A stretch of DNA of 64,000 nt from Nanobdellota archaeon (GTDB lineage: Archaea; Nanobdellota; Nanobdellia; Pacearchaeales; GW2011-AR1). Under the pieces are notes generated by a model, which saw only the letters and a list, made by a program, of their open reading frames with translations, was not told the DNA's origin and searched no databases. The stretch is taken from the NCBI GenBank assembly GCA_038045945.1, contig JBBSXC010000001.1, positions 64,001 to 128,000 on the forward strand, given 5' to 3'. Position 1 is the first letter of the stretch. Every line of letters begins with the position of its first letter. Shown here one piece after another: positions 46,644 through 58,514 of this stretch. The translations under genes were made by a program, and so were the position numbers.

Positions 46644-47717
46644 ATGTTAAATTTTGCGGAAGAGGCGATTAAGAATTCTGCTGCTTACAGCATCAACTTT
46701 GATGAACTTAAAGCCGGAAAAGCCAATATCAAGGTTTTCGGTTGTGGTGGAGCTGGTTGTAATATGATTACATGGCTCTTCAATAAGGGTATCAATGGTG
46801 CTACTGTTTATGGTTTGAACACTGATGCACTTCACCTTAGTATTACTAAGGCTGATGAAAAAATCTTAATAGGTAAGGAACTTACTAGAGGTCTTGGATG
46901 TGGTGGTTTTCCTGCTAAAGGAAGAGAAGCTGCTAAAGAGTCAATCTCTGATATTAAGAAGGGTGTTAGTGGTGCAGACATGGTCTTCGTTCTTGCTGGT
47001 ATGGGTGGAGGTACAGGTACTGGTTCAGCACCTGTTGTTGCTCAACTTGCTAAGGAAGCTGGCTCAGTAGTTATTGGTGTTGTCACTATGCCTTGGGAGA
47101 TGGAGAAGGCTAGAATTGACAAAGCAGAATTTGGACTTCAGGAGCTTAGAGATGCAACGGACACTACAATTGTCCTTGACAATAACAGGCTTACTGATAT
47201 TGCTGGTAATTTGCCTATTGAGCAAGCATTCGCTGTTGCTAATGAACTGGTTAGTACAATGATTAAGGGAATAGTGGAAACTATTACTCTCCCATCATTA
47301 ATCAACCTGGACTATGCAGACGTTTCGGCCATCATGAAGGGTGGTGACGTTGCTGTCATTGGTATTGGTGAAAGCGACACTCAGAATAGAGTAGATGAAG
47401 CTGTTCGTCAAGCATTGACTCACCCATTACTGGATGTTGACTATAGGGGCGCTACTGGTGCTCTTGTTCACATTAGTGGTGGTACTGACTTAAAGCTTGA
47501 AGAATTTAGTAATATTGGTATGTTAGTTACTGAAAACCTTTCACCAGATGCTCAAGTGATCATCGGTGCGAGAATCAACAAGGATTTTGCAGGTAAAGTA
47601 AGAGTTATTACCATCATGACTGGTGTTAAGAGCCCTTATGTTCTTGGCAAACAAAGAACTAACTCCTATGAGTCTAGCTCAGAGATGTCAGAGCTTGGAA
47701 TAGAGGTTTTAAGATAA
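46644..47717 (+). CDS. ftsZ: Cell division protein FtsZ
   Basis: [26 protein letters not shown]; SD AGGAGG upstream. Confidence 0.97.
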   Translation: MLNFAEEAIKNSAAYSINFDELKAGKANIKVFGCGGAGCNMITWLFNKGINGATVYGLNTDALHLSITKADEKILIGKELTRGLGCGGFPAKGREAAKESISDIKKGVSGADMVFVLAGMGGGTGTGSAPVVAQLAKEAGSVVIGVVTMPWEMEKARIDKAEFGLQELRDATDTTIVLDNNRLTDIAGNLPIEQAFAVANELVSTMIKGIVETITLPSLINLDYADVSAIMKGGDVAVIGIGESDTQNRVDEAVRQALTHPLLDVDYRGATGALVHISGGTDLKLEEFSNIGMLVTENLSPDAQVIIGARINKDFAGKVRVITIMTGVKSPYVLGKQRTNSYESSSEMSELGIEVLR

Positions 47718-47774
47718 TAGTTTCCAAATTATTATCATACTCCAGTATTCGGCAAGCTCATGATTTGTTTTTTT

Positions 47775-47840
47775 GAGGATCCGCCCATAAGGGAAGCGTT
47801 TCGCGACGCGTCCTAAGGGATTGGGCGGCCTCCATTTTTT
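47775..47840 (+). other. GC-rich stem-loop followed by a T-run (terminator or small RNA)
   Basis: GAGG/CCTC, CCGCCCA/TGGGCGG, AGG/CCT, GCGT/ACGC, then a T-run. Confidence 0.6.
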
Positions 47841-47892
47841 TATGTTTTATGGCTGCAAGTATGAAAGGTTTTTTAGGCTACTAGTCTTTTTT

Positions 47893-48405
47893 TTAGAATA
47901 TTTTTATTAATGTGTTGCTGAAGTATCCTGTGTTTGAGCAGTGGTATACTTTGTGTGTTACTTGATTTAGATTTCCGTAATAGATTAAGTTGTTTTTTTC
48001 TAATAATTCATCGTTTTCTTTTGCGTATTTTACTTGTGGTGGTTTGAACTTTTCTGGTTTGTAGCCTAAACATTCTTGGAATGCTTTTATTCCTTCATTC
48101 ATTTCTTCTTGTGTTCTTTGTGTTTCGAATTCTCTATAAGTATGGCGTATTCCGTGCAGCCCTAATGTTTTATTGAAGCTTTTAATGTAGTTGCACCATT
48201 GTGTGTTATTTGCTATTGACTGGTTTTGGTATAGTGGTATAATCCATAAAACATCGCTTTTTCTTATTAGTTCTTCATCGCATTGTATTAGTGGGTTTAG
48301 ATCGTCTAACTCTGCTCGGTTTATTAGTCTGATTGTAAATAATGCTAATATCAGTATTAGTATAGTAGCTGTTGTTATTATCAATCCCTTTTTTGTTTTG
48401 TTCAT
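47893..48405 (-). CDS. DUF2334/polysaccharide deacetylase-like protein
   Basis: N-terminal TM, LDDLNP, LGLHGIRH, FKPP. Confidence 0.7.
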   Translation of the reverse strand: MNKTKKGLIITTATILILILALFTIRLINRAELDDLNPLIQCDEELIRKSDVLWIIPLYQNQSIANNTQWCNYIKSFNKTLGLHGIRHTYREFETQRTQEEMNEGIKAFQECLGYKPEKFKPPQVKYAKENDELLEKNNLIYYGNLNQVTHKVYHCSNTGYFSNTLIKIF

Positions 48406-48415
48406 TAGAAAGAAT

Positions 48416-48967
48416 TTATTGTCTTTTGTTCTTATCCCATTCTTCAAAGTATAGTGTGTCTTCTATTTTTGGTTTCGCTGTCGCTTTTTTTCTGTCTCCT
48501 AACTTTACTGGTGCTTCGTAACCTATTGGTATTATTGCTTCCACTTCTACTTCTTTTGGTATTTTTAGTAATCTTTTTATTATTCTGTCTGAGAAGTGTC
48601 CTATCCAACAACTTGCCATTCCTGCTTCACTTATTGCTAGTAGCATGTTGTTTATTGCTGCTCCTGCTTCTTGGTGTGCGAACATTTCTCCTTTTTTTTC
48701 AAAGTTTCTTAATAGTTGTTCTTTTCGCGAGCATACGACTATTATTGCTGATACATCTGCCAGGAATCCTTGTTGGCATGCGTCTGCTATTTGCATAATC
48801 TTTTTTTGTTCGCTTACTATTATGTAGTTTAGTGTTGGTATGTTTCCTGCTAGTGGTACTTGGTTTGCGTAGTCTATTATTTCTGCTACTTCTTTCCAAC
48901 TCACAGTTTTTTCTTTTATGTATGATCTTACTGATTTTCTCTTTTTTAATAAGTCGTAAAAATTCAT
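48416..48967 (-). CDS. Nitroreductase family protein
   Basis: RKSVRSY, PLAGN, NMLLA...GMASCWIG, IPIGY. Confidence 0.9.
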   Translation of the reverse strand: MNFYDLLKKRKSVRSYIKEKTVSWKEVAEIIDYANQVPLAGNIPTLNYIIVSEQKKIMQIADACQQGFLADVSAIIVVCSRKEQLLRNFEKKGEMFAHQEAGAAINNMLLAISEAGMASCWIGHFSDRIIKRLLKIPKEVEVEAIIPIGYEAPVKLGDRKKATAKPKIEDTLYFEEWDKNKRQ

Positions 48968-49043
48968 ATAATGAGTATGTTTGGCAGGTATAAAAACTTT
49001 GAGATGCATTTTGTTAAGCACTTCTAAACCTCAAGAACTTTTT

Positions 49044-49415
49044 TTATAATATGTCGGCTCTGTCTATTTGTTCAAGAGTACTTTTAAGTGTTGCATCCAG
49101 GTCTTTTGCGTTAACACGGTTATTTCTAACAATCAACTTTTTTGCTTCTGCAAGGTTTCTTTCTGCTTCTTTCCATAAGCCTTTACTTAGTGATGCGCCT
49201 TCAAATGTTCCTACGTAGAAGTCTCTTCTGAGCCCGCCAGTCATACCCCTTCTTCTTTCTACTTCTGTTACAACAACGTTTGTGTTAGTTCCCTCATAGT
49301 TTGCTATGTAGAAGTTATGGTTTGCGTCATCATCACTTATAGTCATATTCGGTTCTTCACCATTAATTCCTGCTCTTCTCAGCGTTTCTGCCTTAGCGTA
49401 TCCTGTTAGTGTCAT
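49044..49415 (-). CDS. Hypothetical protein
   Basis: 123 aa ORF. Confidence 0.65.
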   Translation of the reverse strand: MTLTGYAKAETLRRAGINGEEPNMTISDDDANHNFYIANYEGTNTNVVVTEVERRRGMTGGLRRDFYVGTFEGASLSKGLWKEAERNLAEAKKLIVRNNRVNAKDLDATLKSTLEQIDRADIL

Positions 49416-49455
49416 GATTATCTAGGGTTATTTGGTATTAAAAGCATTGTTGTTT

Positions 49456-50577
49456 TTAGGAGGATACTATTCCACCACCTATTACTTCGTAGCTTTTTGG
49501 TTTGTATATTACGCTTGCTTGCCCTTGACTTATTCCTGTTGCTCCTTCTTTTAGTGTTATTGTGAAACTTTTCTTTTTTGTTTCGTATTTCATTTTTGCT
49601 GGTAATAATTCTCCTACTTTTCTTATTCTAACGTCCACCGTCATTTTTTTCTTTTTTGTTTCCTTAATGTCTTCTGTTATTAGGTGTAAATTTTTTATTG
49701 TGAAGTATTTTTTCAGTAATATTGGGTGTCCTTTTGGTGCTGCTACTATTATGTTTTTCTTTACGTCTTTTTTTGCTACGTACCACCTTTGTGAATTAAT
49801 CCTGTCGCGCACGCCAGGATTAATGTCAATACCAAAACGCGGGCCTATTCTTTGTCCTATTGTGTAGTAGAACACTCCGTCATGTTCTCCTATGATTTTT
49901 CCTTCTGGCGAGAGTATTTTTCCTTTTTTTTGTTTTATTTTCTTTTTTAAGAATTCTTTCAGATTTACCTTTCCTATGAAGCATATTCCTTTTGTTGATT
50001 CTCTGTCATGGTTTGGTAATTCTAGTTTTTTTGCTATGTTTCTTATTTCTTTTTTTGTGTATTCTCCTATTGGGAATAGTGTGTGGCTTAAGTCTTCTTG
50101 ACTTAGTCTGTATAGGAAGTATGATTGATCTTTTAGGTCTTCTTTTCCTCTAAGTAAATAATACTTGTTTTTTTTCTTTTTTATTCTTGCGTAATGTCCC
50201 GTTACTATGTACTGGCACCCTAATTTTTTTGCTGCTTTCCATAATAATGGGAATTTTACTAGTTGGTTGCAGTCTACGTCAGGGTTTGGTGTTATTCCTT
50301 CTTTGTATTGTTTGAACATTTCTTCTACTACACTTTTGCGGTATTCTTTTTCGAAATCTAGGGTTATTAGCGGTAGGTTTAGTTTTGCTGTTACACGTCT
50401 TGCCATTCTTCTGTCTTCGCGCCAGGAGCATTCTCCCATATCGTTTTTTGTGTCACTCCAATTTTTCATGAATGCACAAATAACTTCGTGTCCTTCTTTA
50501 TTCATTAAGTATGCTGCAATACTTGAGTCTACTCCACCCGATAACGCTACTAGTACTTTAGTTTTTTTCTTTTCCAT
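49456..50577 (-). CDS. mnmA: tRNA 2-thiouridylase MnmA (bacterial type)
   Basis: SGGVDSS, FMKNW, TPNPDVDCN, TGHYA, KDQSYFL, GICFIG, YTIGQR. Confidence 0.95.
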   Translation of the reverse strand: MEKKKTKVLVALSGGVDSSIAAYLMNKEGHEVICAFMKNWSDTKNDMGECSWREDRRMARRVTAKLNLPLITLDFEKEYRKSVVEEMFKQYKEGITPNPDVDCNQLVKFPLLWKAAKKLGCQYIVTGHYARIKKKKNKYYLLRGKEDLKDQSYFLYRLSQEDLSHTLFPIGEYTKKEIRNIAKKLELPNHDRESTKGICFIGKVNLKEFLKKKIKQKKGKILSPEGKIIGEHDGVFYYTIGQRIGPRFGIDINPGVRDRINSQRWYVAKKDVKKNIIVAAPKGHPILLKKYFTIKNLHLITEDIKETKKKKMTVDVRIRKVGELLPAKMKYETKKKSFTITLKEGATGISQGQASVIYKPKSYEVIGGGIVSS

Positions 50578-50609
50578 GATGTTTTTTAGAAATGTTTTGT
50601 TAAAAGTTT

Positions 50610-51194
50610 TTATTTGCTCATCTTTTTTAGTAATTCTACCACTATTGGTAATTCTTTTGTGCTGGCTGTTTCTTCGTCAAAGTGTCCCATTCCGGATAGC
50701 ATTATTATTTCGCTGTCTAGGTTGCTTTGGTATAGTGTTACGTTGTTCATTGGTACGTATGGGTCGTTGTCCGAGAATATTGCTACAAACTTCTTTGCTC
50801 TAGTTTTTATTTTTTCAAAGTTTGTTTTCATTTCCAGCCATGGTTTAGCTGTTAGCTTCATTTGAGGCTCAGGCGTTGCTTCTTTGCTTAGTGAGAACCA
50901 TCCTCCTACGAATATTACTCCTCCGCATACGTCTCCATCTGCTACTTCTCCTTCTAAATATTTCATTACTGCTTTGCATCCTATGCTGTGGCATATGAAG
51001 TATGTTTCTTCGTCTACTTCTCCTACAATTTTTACTAGTTTTTCTACCCATTCCCTAATTACTGGTGAATGTGTGTCTGGCATTTCTGGTATTTCTACTT
51101 TGAATCCTTCTTTTTCGAGTGTTCTGGCTACACTTTCGTACCAGTTCATTTTTGGGTTAAAATCCCATCCGTGAATAATGAATACTCTCTTCAT
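50610..51194 (-). CDS. RBBP9/YdeN-family alpha/beta hydrolase
   Basis: IIHGW, CHSIGC, SDNDPYV, GHF. Confidence 0.9.
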   Translation of the reverse strand: MKRVFIIHGWDFNPKMNWYESVARTLEKEGFKVEIPEMPDTHSPVIREWVEKLVKIVGEVDEETYFICHSIGCKAVMKYLEGEVADGDVCGGVIFVGGWFSLSKEATPEPQMKLTAKPWLEMKTNFEKIKTRAKKFVAIFSDNDPYVPMNNVTLYQSNLDSEIIMLSGMGHFDEETASTKELPIVVELLKKMSK

Positions 51195-51285
51195 AGCAAT
51201 AATTTAGGGTTTTTTGTCATATATTAATCTTGCTAATAAGTTTGTTATAGTTAAGCTTATAAATTAGGAAAATTGGTTTTATTTT

Positions 51286-51519
51286 ATGAGTAGGGCTTTG
51301 GAGTTTTTTAGACGAATCGATTTAAAATCATTAGCTAATGCTGCTGGCCAAGTAGTCGTTCCCGGTTATTCCACGGCTCATTATGTTTATTTTGATAGGT
51401 ACGCCGCTAACCCTCAAACTGATGGAAAAGTTTATGTTTTTGAGCAGAGAGCTAAAAGGTTTGGTTTAGATCTTGTTAAAGGCTTGGCTTGGTACGGTCT
51501 TTATGAGATTGTTAAATAA
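51286..51519 (+). CDS. Hypothetical protein
   Basis: 77 aa; TATA upstream. Confidence 0.55.
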   Translation: MSRALEFFRRIDLKSLANAAGQVVVPGYSTAHYVYFDRYAANPQTDGKVYVFEQRAKRFGLDLVKGLAWYGLYEIVK

Positions 51520-51526
51520 CATTTTT

Positions 51527-52006
51527 TTATTCTATTTTTAGCCCTGGGAATAGTTTTCTTTCTTCTTGTAATTCTGCCTTTCTTTCGCTCATTTTCCAGC
51601 CTAAGTCTAATAATTGGTCTTTTCCCATTGCTTTTCTTGCTTTTGGGAACATTTCTGATTCTTCTTCATGGGCGTGATGCCCTACTAACTCTTTTAGTAT
51701 TTTAGCTTTTGCTGAGAATACGTCTTGGTTTTTTTCTCCTCCCATTTTTGATATTAGGTAGTCTACTAGCTCTTGCTCTTCGTGTGCTTCATAGAATAAT
51801 TCTCTTCCTTCTTGTGTATTAACTGCGTTTTTGAATGCTGGATAAAATATTTCTTCTTCTATTTTAGTGTGTATAGTTAGTTCTTTCTTTATTTTTTTAA
51901 ATAATTCTTCATTAATGATTTTTGATGCTGTTAGTCTTTTTAATAATTCTCTAACTGTTTTATGATCATCTTTCAATAATTTAATTGCGTCCATTCTCTT
52001 AGCCAT
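51527..52006 (-). CDS. Hemerythrin/HHE domain protein
   Basis: LKDDH, HTKIEEEIFYP, HHAHEEESEMFP. Confidence 0.9.
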   Translation of the reverse strand: MAKRMDAIKLLKDDHKTVRELLKRLTASKIINEELFKKIKKELTIHTKIEEEIFYPAFKNAVNTQEGRELFYEAHEEQELVDYLISKMGGEKNQDVFSAKAKILKELVGHHAHEEESEMFPKARKAMGKDQLLDLGWKMSERKAELQEERKLFPGLKIE

Positions 52007-52122
52007 TATACTTAGAGTTCAATGACCCATAAAAAGCCGTGCAGTATGAAAGATAACGACTAAAATATAGAATTCTCCCATCCTTTAATGCTAGTTTTAG
52101 TGTTCTTTATCTAGCGTGTGTA

Positions 52123-52197
52123 CGTCCCGGGGAGGATTTGAACCTCCGACCCCCTGATTAACAGTCAGGTGCTCTAACCGGACTGAGCTACCGAGAC
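52123..52197 (-). tRNA. tRNA-Asn(GTT)
   Basis: Anticodon arm CCTGA-CTGTTAA-TCAGG. Confidence 0.95.
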
Positions 52198-52303
52198 ACA
52201 AAACAAACAAGAAAATACGCGTATTTAAGTTTAATTGTTAATAGGATGAATCCTGCGTTCTAGTATAGAAGTGTTTAAATTGTTCTTAGTCATGATACAC
52301 TCC

Positions 52304-53464
52304 ATGGATTCTAGACCTATTCCTGAAAGAATAAGTGAAAGAGTTTATAATGGTAGGAGTTTAGCTGAGATGCTCAATTTTTCTAGGGATTATGGTGCTA
52401 GTGATATTAAGTTTGTTGTTGGTTTGCCACCTTATTTTAGAAGGGGTGAAGGATTAGTTCATAATCTTGGTGATGGTAAGGGCGCTTTTGAGCCAGTAAA
52501 TCTTGAAACTATGAATAAGTTTGTTGATTGTTTAACAACACAAAAGCAGAGGGACAAGTTATTATCTGGAGAGGAGGATTTAGATATGTCAGTGATAATG
52601 CCAGAGAATGACGGGGCAAGATCTTATAGACTAAACTTGGCTATGCAGAAAGGAACGCCAATGATAATGATAAGAGTAGTTCCAGATAAAATAAGGCCTT
52701 TATCAGATCTTGGACTTCCAAAAACTATAATTGACTATTTTAGGACTTTACAAAGGGGTATTGTTTTGGTTACTGGGGCTACTGGTGCTGGTAAGTCTTC
52801 AACTTTAGCTGCGATGGTGGATGATATAAGAGTTAGGAATAGTGATGAGATAATAACTATTGAAGACCCTATAGAGTATGTTCATAATTCTGATTCATCA
52901 TTAATAATTCAGAGGGAGTTAAGAAGGGATACTCAGTCATATAGTTCGGCATTGAAGTCTGCTATGAGACAAGACCCTGACGTTATAGCTATAGGAGAAA
53001 TAAGGGATACTGAAACCGTGAGAGCATGCTTAGAATCATCTTATACCGGTCACTTAGTCTTAGGAACTTTACACACTGCTGATGCTATACAAAGTGTTAA
53101 TAGAATGATCGATTTGTTTCCTGAAAGTTTACAAAGAGATATATCGTCTCAGCTTTCCGATACTTTAAGAATTGTTATTTCTCAGTCTTTAGTTCCAACA
53201 ATTAATGGTGGTAGAAAACTTGTGGCTGAGATTTTGAGGAATGACCCTTTTTCTGCTATATCTAAACAAATCCGTGATAGGGATCCTCCTGGAAAAATTT
53301 TGTCTAGTATGCAAACAGGTAAGAGGTATGGGATGGTAGTTATGGAAGACGCATTGTTTGACGCTTATCAGGCAAATCTTATCGATAAAGTAACAGCTTT
53401 TGGTTATGCTATAAGAAAAGATGAGATGAAAAGAAAACTAGATTTTGGCGAGTTAGGCAAATAA
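52304..53464 (+). CDS. pilT: Type IV pilus retraction ATPase PilT/PilU family (bacterial type)
   Basis: GASDI..VVGLPPYFR, TGATGAGKSSTL, TIEDPIEY, RQDPDVI.IGEIRD, TGHLVLGTLHT, MQTG..YGM. Confidence 0.88.
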   Translation: MDSRPIPERISERVYNGRSLAEMLNFSRDYGASDIKFVVGLPPYFRRGEGLVHNLGDGKGAFEPVNLETMNKFVDCLTTQKQRDKLLSGEEDLDMSVIMPENDGARSYRLNLAMQKGTPMIMIRVVPDKIRPLSDLGLPKTIIDYFRTLQRGIVLVTGATGAGKSSTLAAMVDDIRVRNSDEIITIEDPIEYVHNSDSSLIIQRELRRDTQSYSSALKSAMRQDPDVIAIGEIRDTETVRACLESSYTGHLVLGTLHTADAIQSVNRMIDLFPESLQRDISSQLSDTLRIVISQSLVPTINGGRKLVAEILRNDPFSAISKQIRDRDPPGKILSSMQTGKRYGMVVMEDALFDAYQANLIDKVTAFGYAIRKDEMKRKLDFGELGK

Positions 53465-53472
53465 TCATTTTT

Positions 53473-54246
53473 TTAGTCTTCTAGTTCTAGTCCTTCGTCT
53501 TGTGGGTCTTGTAAGTTTTTTATTCCTTTTGTTAGTTCGTCATTCGATATTTCTGGTGATGCTTTTTTCTTCATTGGTTTCATTGTTGCTTTTTTGTTAC
53601 CGTTATTGTTTTCTTCGTCCATTTCTTGGTCAAAATCATCATCTTCATCGTATAATTCTGGCCTTGATCTTTTTAGGTTGTTGTCTTCGTCTTTCTTTCT
53701 CATTAGTGGTTTTTTCTTGAACTTTTTCACTTTTGGTTGCTTACCTTGTACTTTTACTCCGTTGTCGTATTTGTGTTGTGTTCTTGACCTTTCTAAGAAG
53801 CCGTATACTTTTCCTTGTGCGCTTCCTCTAATGAGTTTTTCTACTGCTGTCATTGTTGCTCTTATTTCTTCTGCTATTCCTATTATGTATATTGTGTTTC
53901 CTTTGATTTTCATTACTGAGTCTGATAACTTTTCCATTAGCTTTTTTGTTTTTCCTTTAGTTCCTATGATTCTTGCTCTTACGTCTGCTATGTTTGTTCT
54001 TCTAGAATAATCTCTTATGTGCATTGTTTCCATTAAGTATTCTGGGTTTGCTAATAGCAATGCTATTTGTATTTCGTAGTCTGCTTCTAATGCTTCAAAC
54101 ACTTTTTCGCAATCATAAATGTTTTCTTCTTTTCCGTTAATTGTTACTTGGTTTGCTGATACTTCTAAGCCTACGCCTAAAGTTTTTTGTAGTATTGGTA
54201 GGTTGTTAATTACTGATCTTATGTTTCGAACAAATACTGTTTTCAT
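53473..54246 (-). CDS. KH-domain RNA-processing protein (Dim2/Pno1/Krr1-like)
   Basis: RARIIGTKGKTK, LIRGS..GKVY.FLE; follows aIF-1A. Confidence 0.88.
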   Translation of the reverse strand: MKTVFVRNIRSVINNLPILQKTLGVGLEVSANQVTINGKEENIYDCEKVFEALEADYEIQIALLLANPEYLMETMHIRDYSRRTNIADVRARIIGTKGKTKKLMEKLSDSVMKIKGNTIYIIGIAEEIRATMTAVEKLIRGSAQGKVYGFLERSRTQHKYDNGVKVQGKQPKVKKFKKKPLMRKKDEDNNLKRSRPELYDEDDDFDQEMDEENNNGNKKATMKPMKKKASPEISNDELTKGIKNLQDPQDEGLELED

Positions 54247-54294
54247 AAAATTATTATGTTAAAGAGTCGTTATTAAAGTTTCTGTTGTGTTTTT

Positions 54295-54702
54295 TTATCC
54301 TAATTCGCCTTTTAGTAGTCCGCTTCTTTTTAGCCATTCTGATTCTGCTGGCGTGTATTTGAATATTACGTCTCCTTTTATGTCTCCTTCGAATTCCCAT
54401 GGTTCTATTAGTACTATGTTTCCCTCTCTTAACCATAGTTTTCTTTTCATTCTTCCCGGTACTCTGCAATTTCTGTCTTTTCCGTCAGAGCATTTTACTA
54501 ACATTTTTGCTCCACCGTATCTTTGCTCTACTCTTCCTATTACTTGTCTTCCTTTTGGTACTCTTGCTCTTGCTACAAATGTTGGTTGTCCTTCAGGTGA
54601 GTCGCGAGTGAATACTTCTTTTTTCTTGTATTTTACTTCTTTGTTTGCGTTAGAATTCTCTATGTTTTCGTAATCATCGCTTGAATTTTCATCATCTGCC
54701 AT
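54295..54702 (-). CDS. eif1a: Translation initiation factor aIF-1A
   Basis: VKCSDGKDRNCRVPGRMKRKLWLREG, KGDVIFKYT. Confidence 0.95.
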   Translation of the reverse strand: MADDENSSDDYENIENSNANKEVKYKKKEVFTRDSPEGQPTFVARARVPKGRQVIGRVEQRYGGAKMLVKCSDGKDRNCRVPGRMKRKLWLREGNIVLIEPWEFEGDIKGDVIFKYTPAESEWLKRSGLLKGELG

Positions 54703-54830
54703 TATTTATCGTTAATAAATCAGCGTTTATAAACTTTGAGATGCTTTTTTTGCGCATCTCGAGGCCTAAAAAATCTAGAACCGAAGATTTTTTAAGGTTA
54801 ATCTAATTTTTTAGAAAGCGTTTATTTTTT

Positions 54831-58292
<3,462 letters not shown>

Positions 58293-58294
58293 GA

Positions 58295-58507
58295 TTAATT
58301 CTTACTTATGAATAATTTAATTGAGTAAATAATTCCTAGTGCTCCAATTACTATGAATAATAACCCACCAACACCTGGCAAGTTTTTCCAACTCCCAGAT
58401 AAAGCTGATAATGAATAGAAGAATACTCCTACAAGTGTAACTACAAGTGAAGCGGCTAACGTTAAAAGTTTACTGTTCAAGTTATTGTGATTATTTTCTT
58501 TTGCCAT
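58295..58507 (-). CDS. Small 2-TM membrane protein between rpoB and rpoA
   Basis: 70 aa; 7-nt and 2-nt gaps to neighbours. Confidence 0.65.
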   Translation of the reverse strand: MAKENNHNNLNSKLLTLAASLVVTLVGVFFYSLSALSGSWKNLPGVGGLLFIVIGALGIIYSIKLFISKN

Positions 58508-58514
58508 TGTTTTT

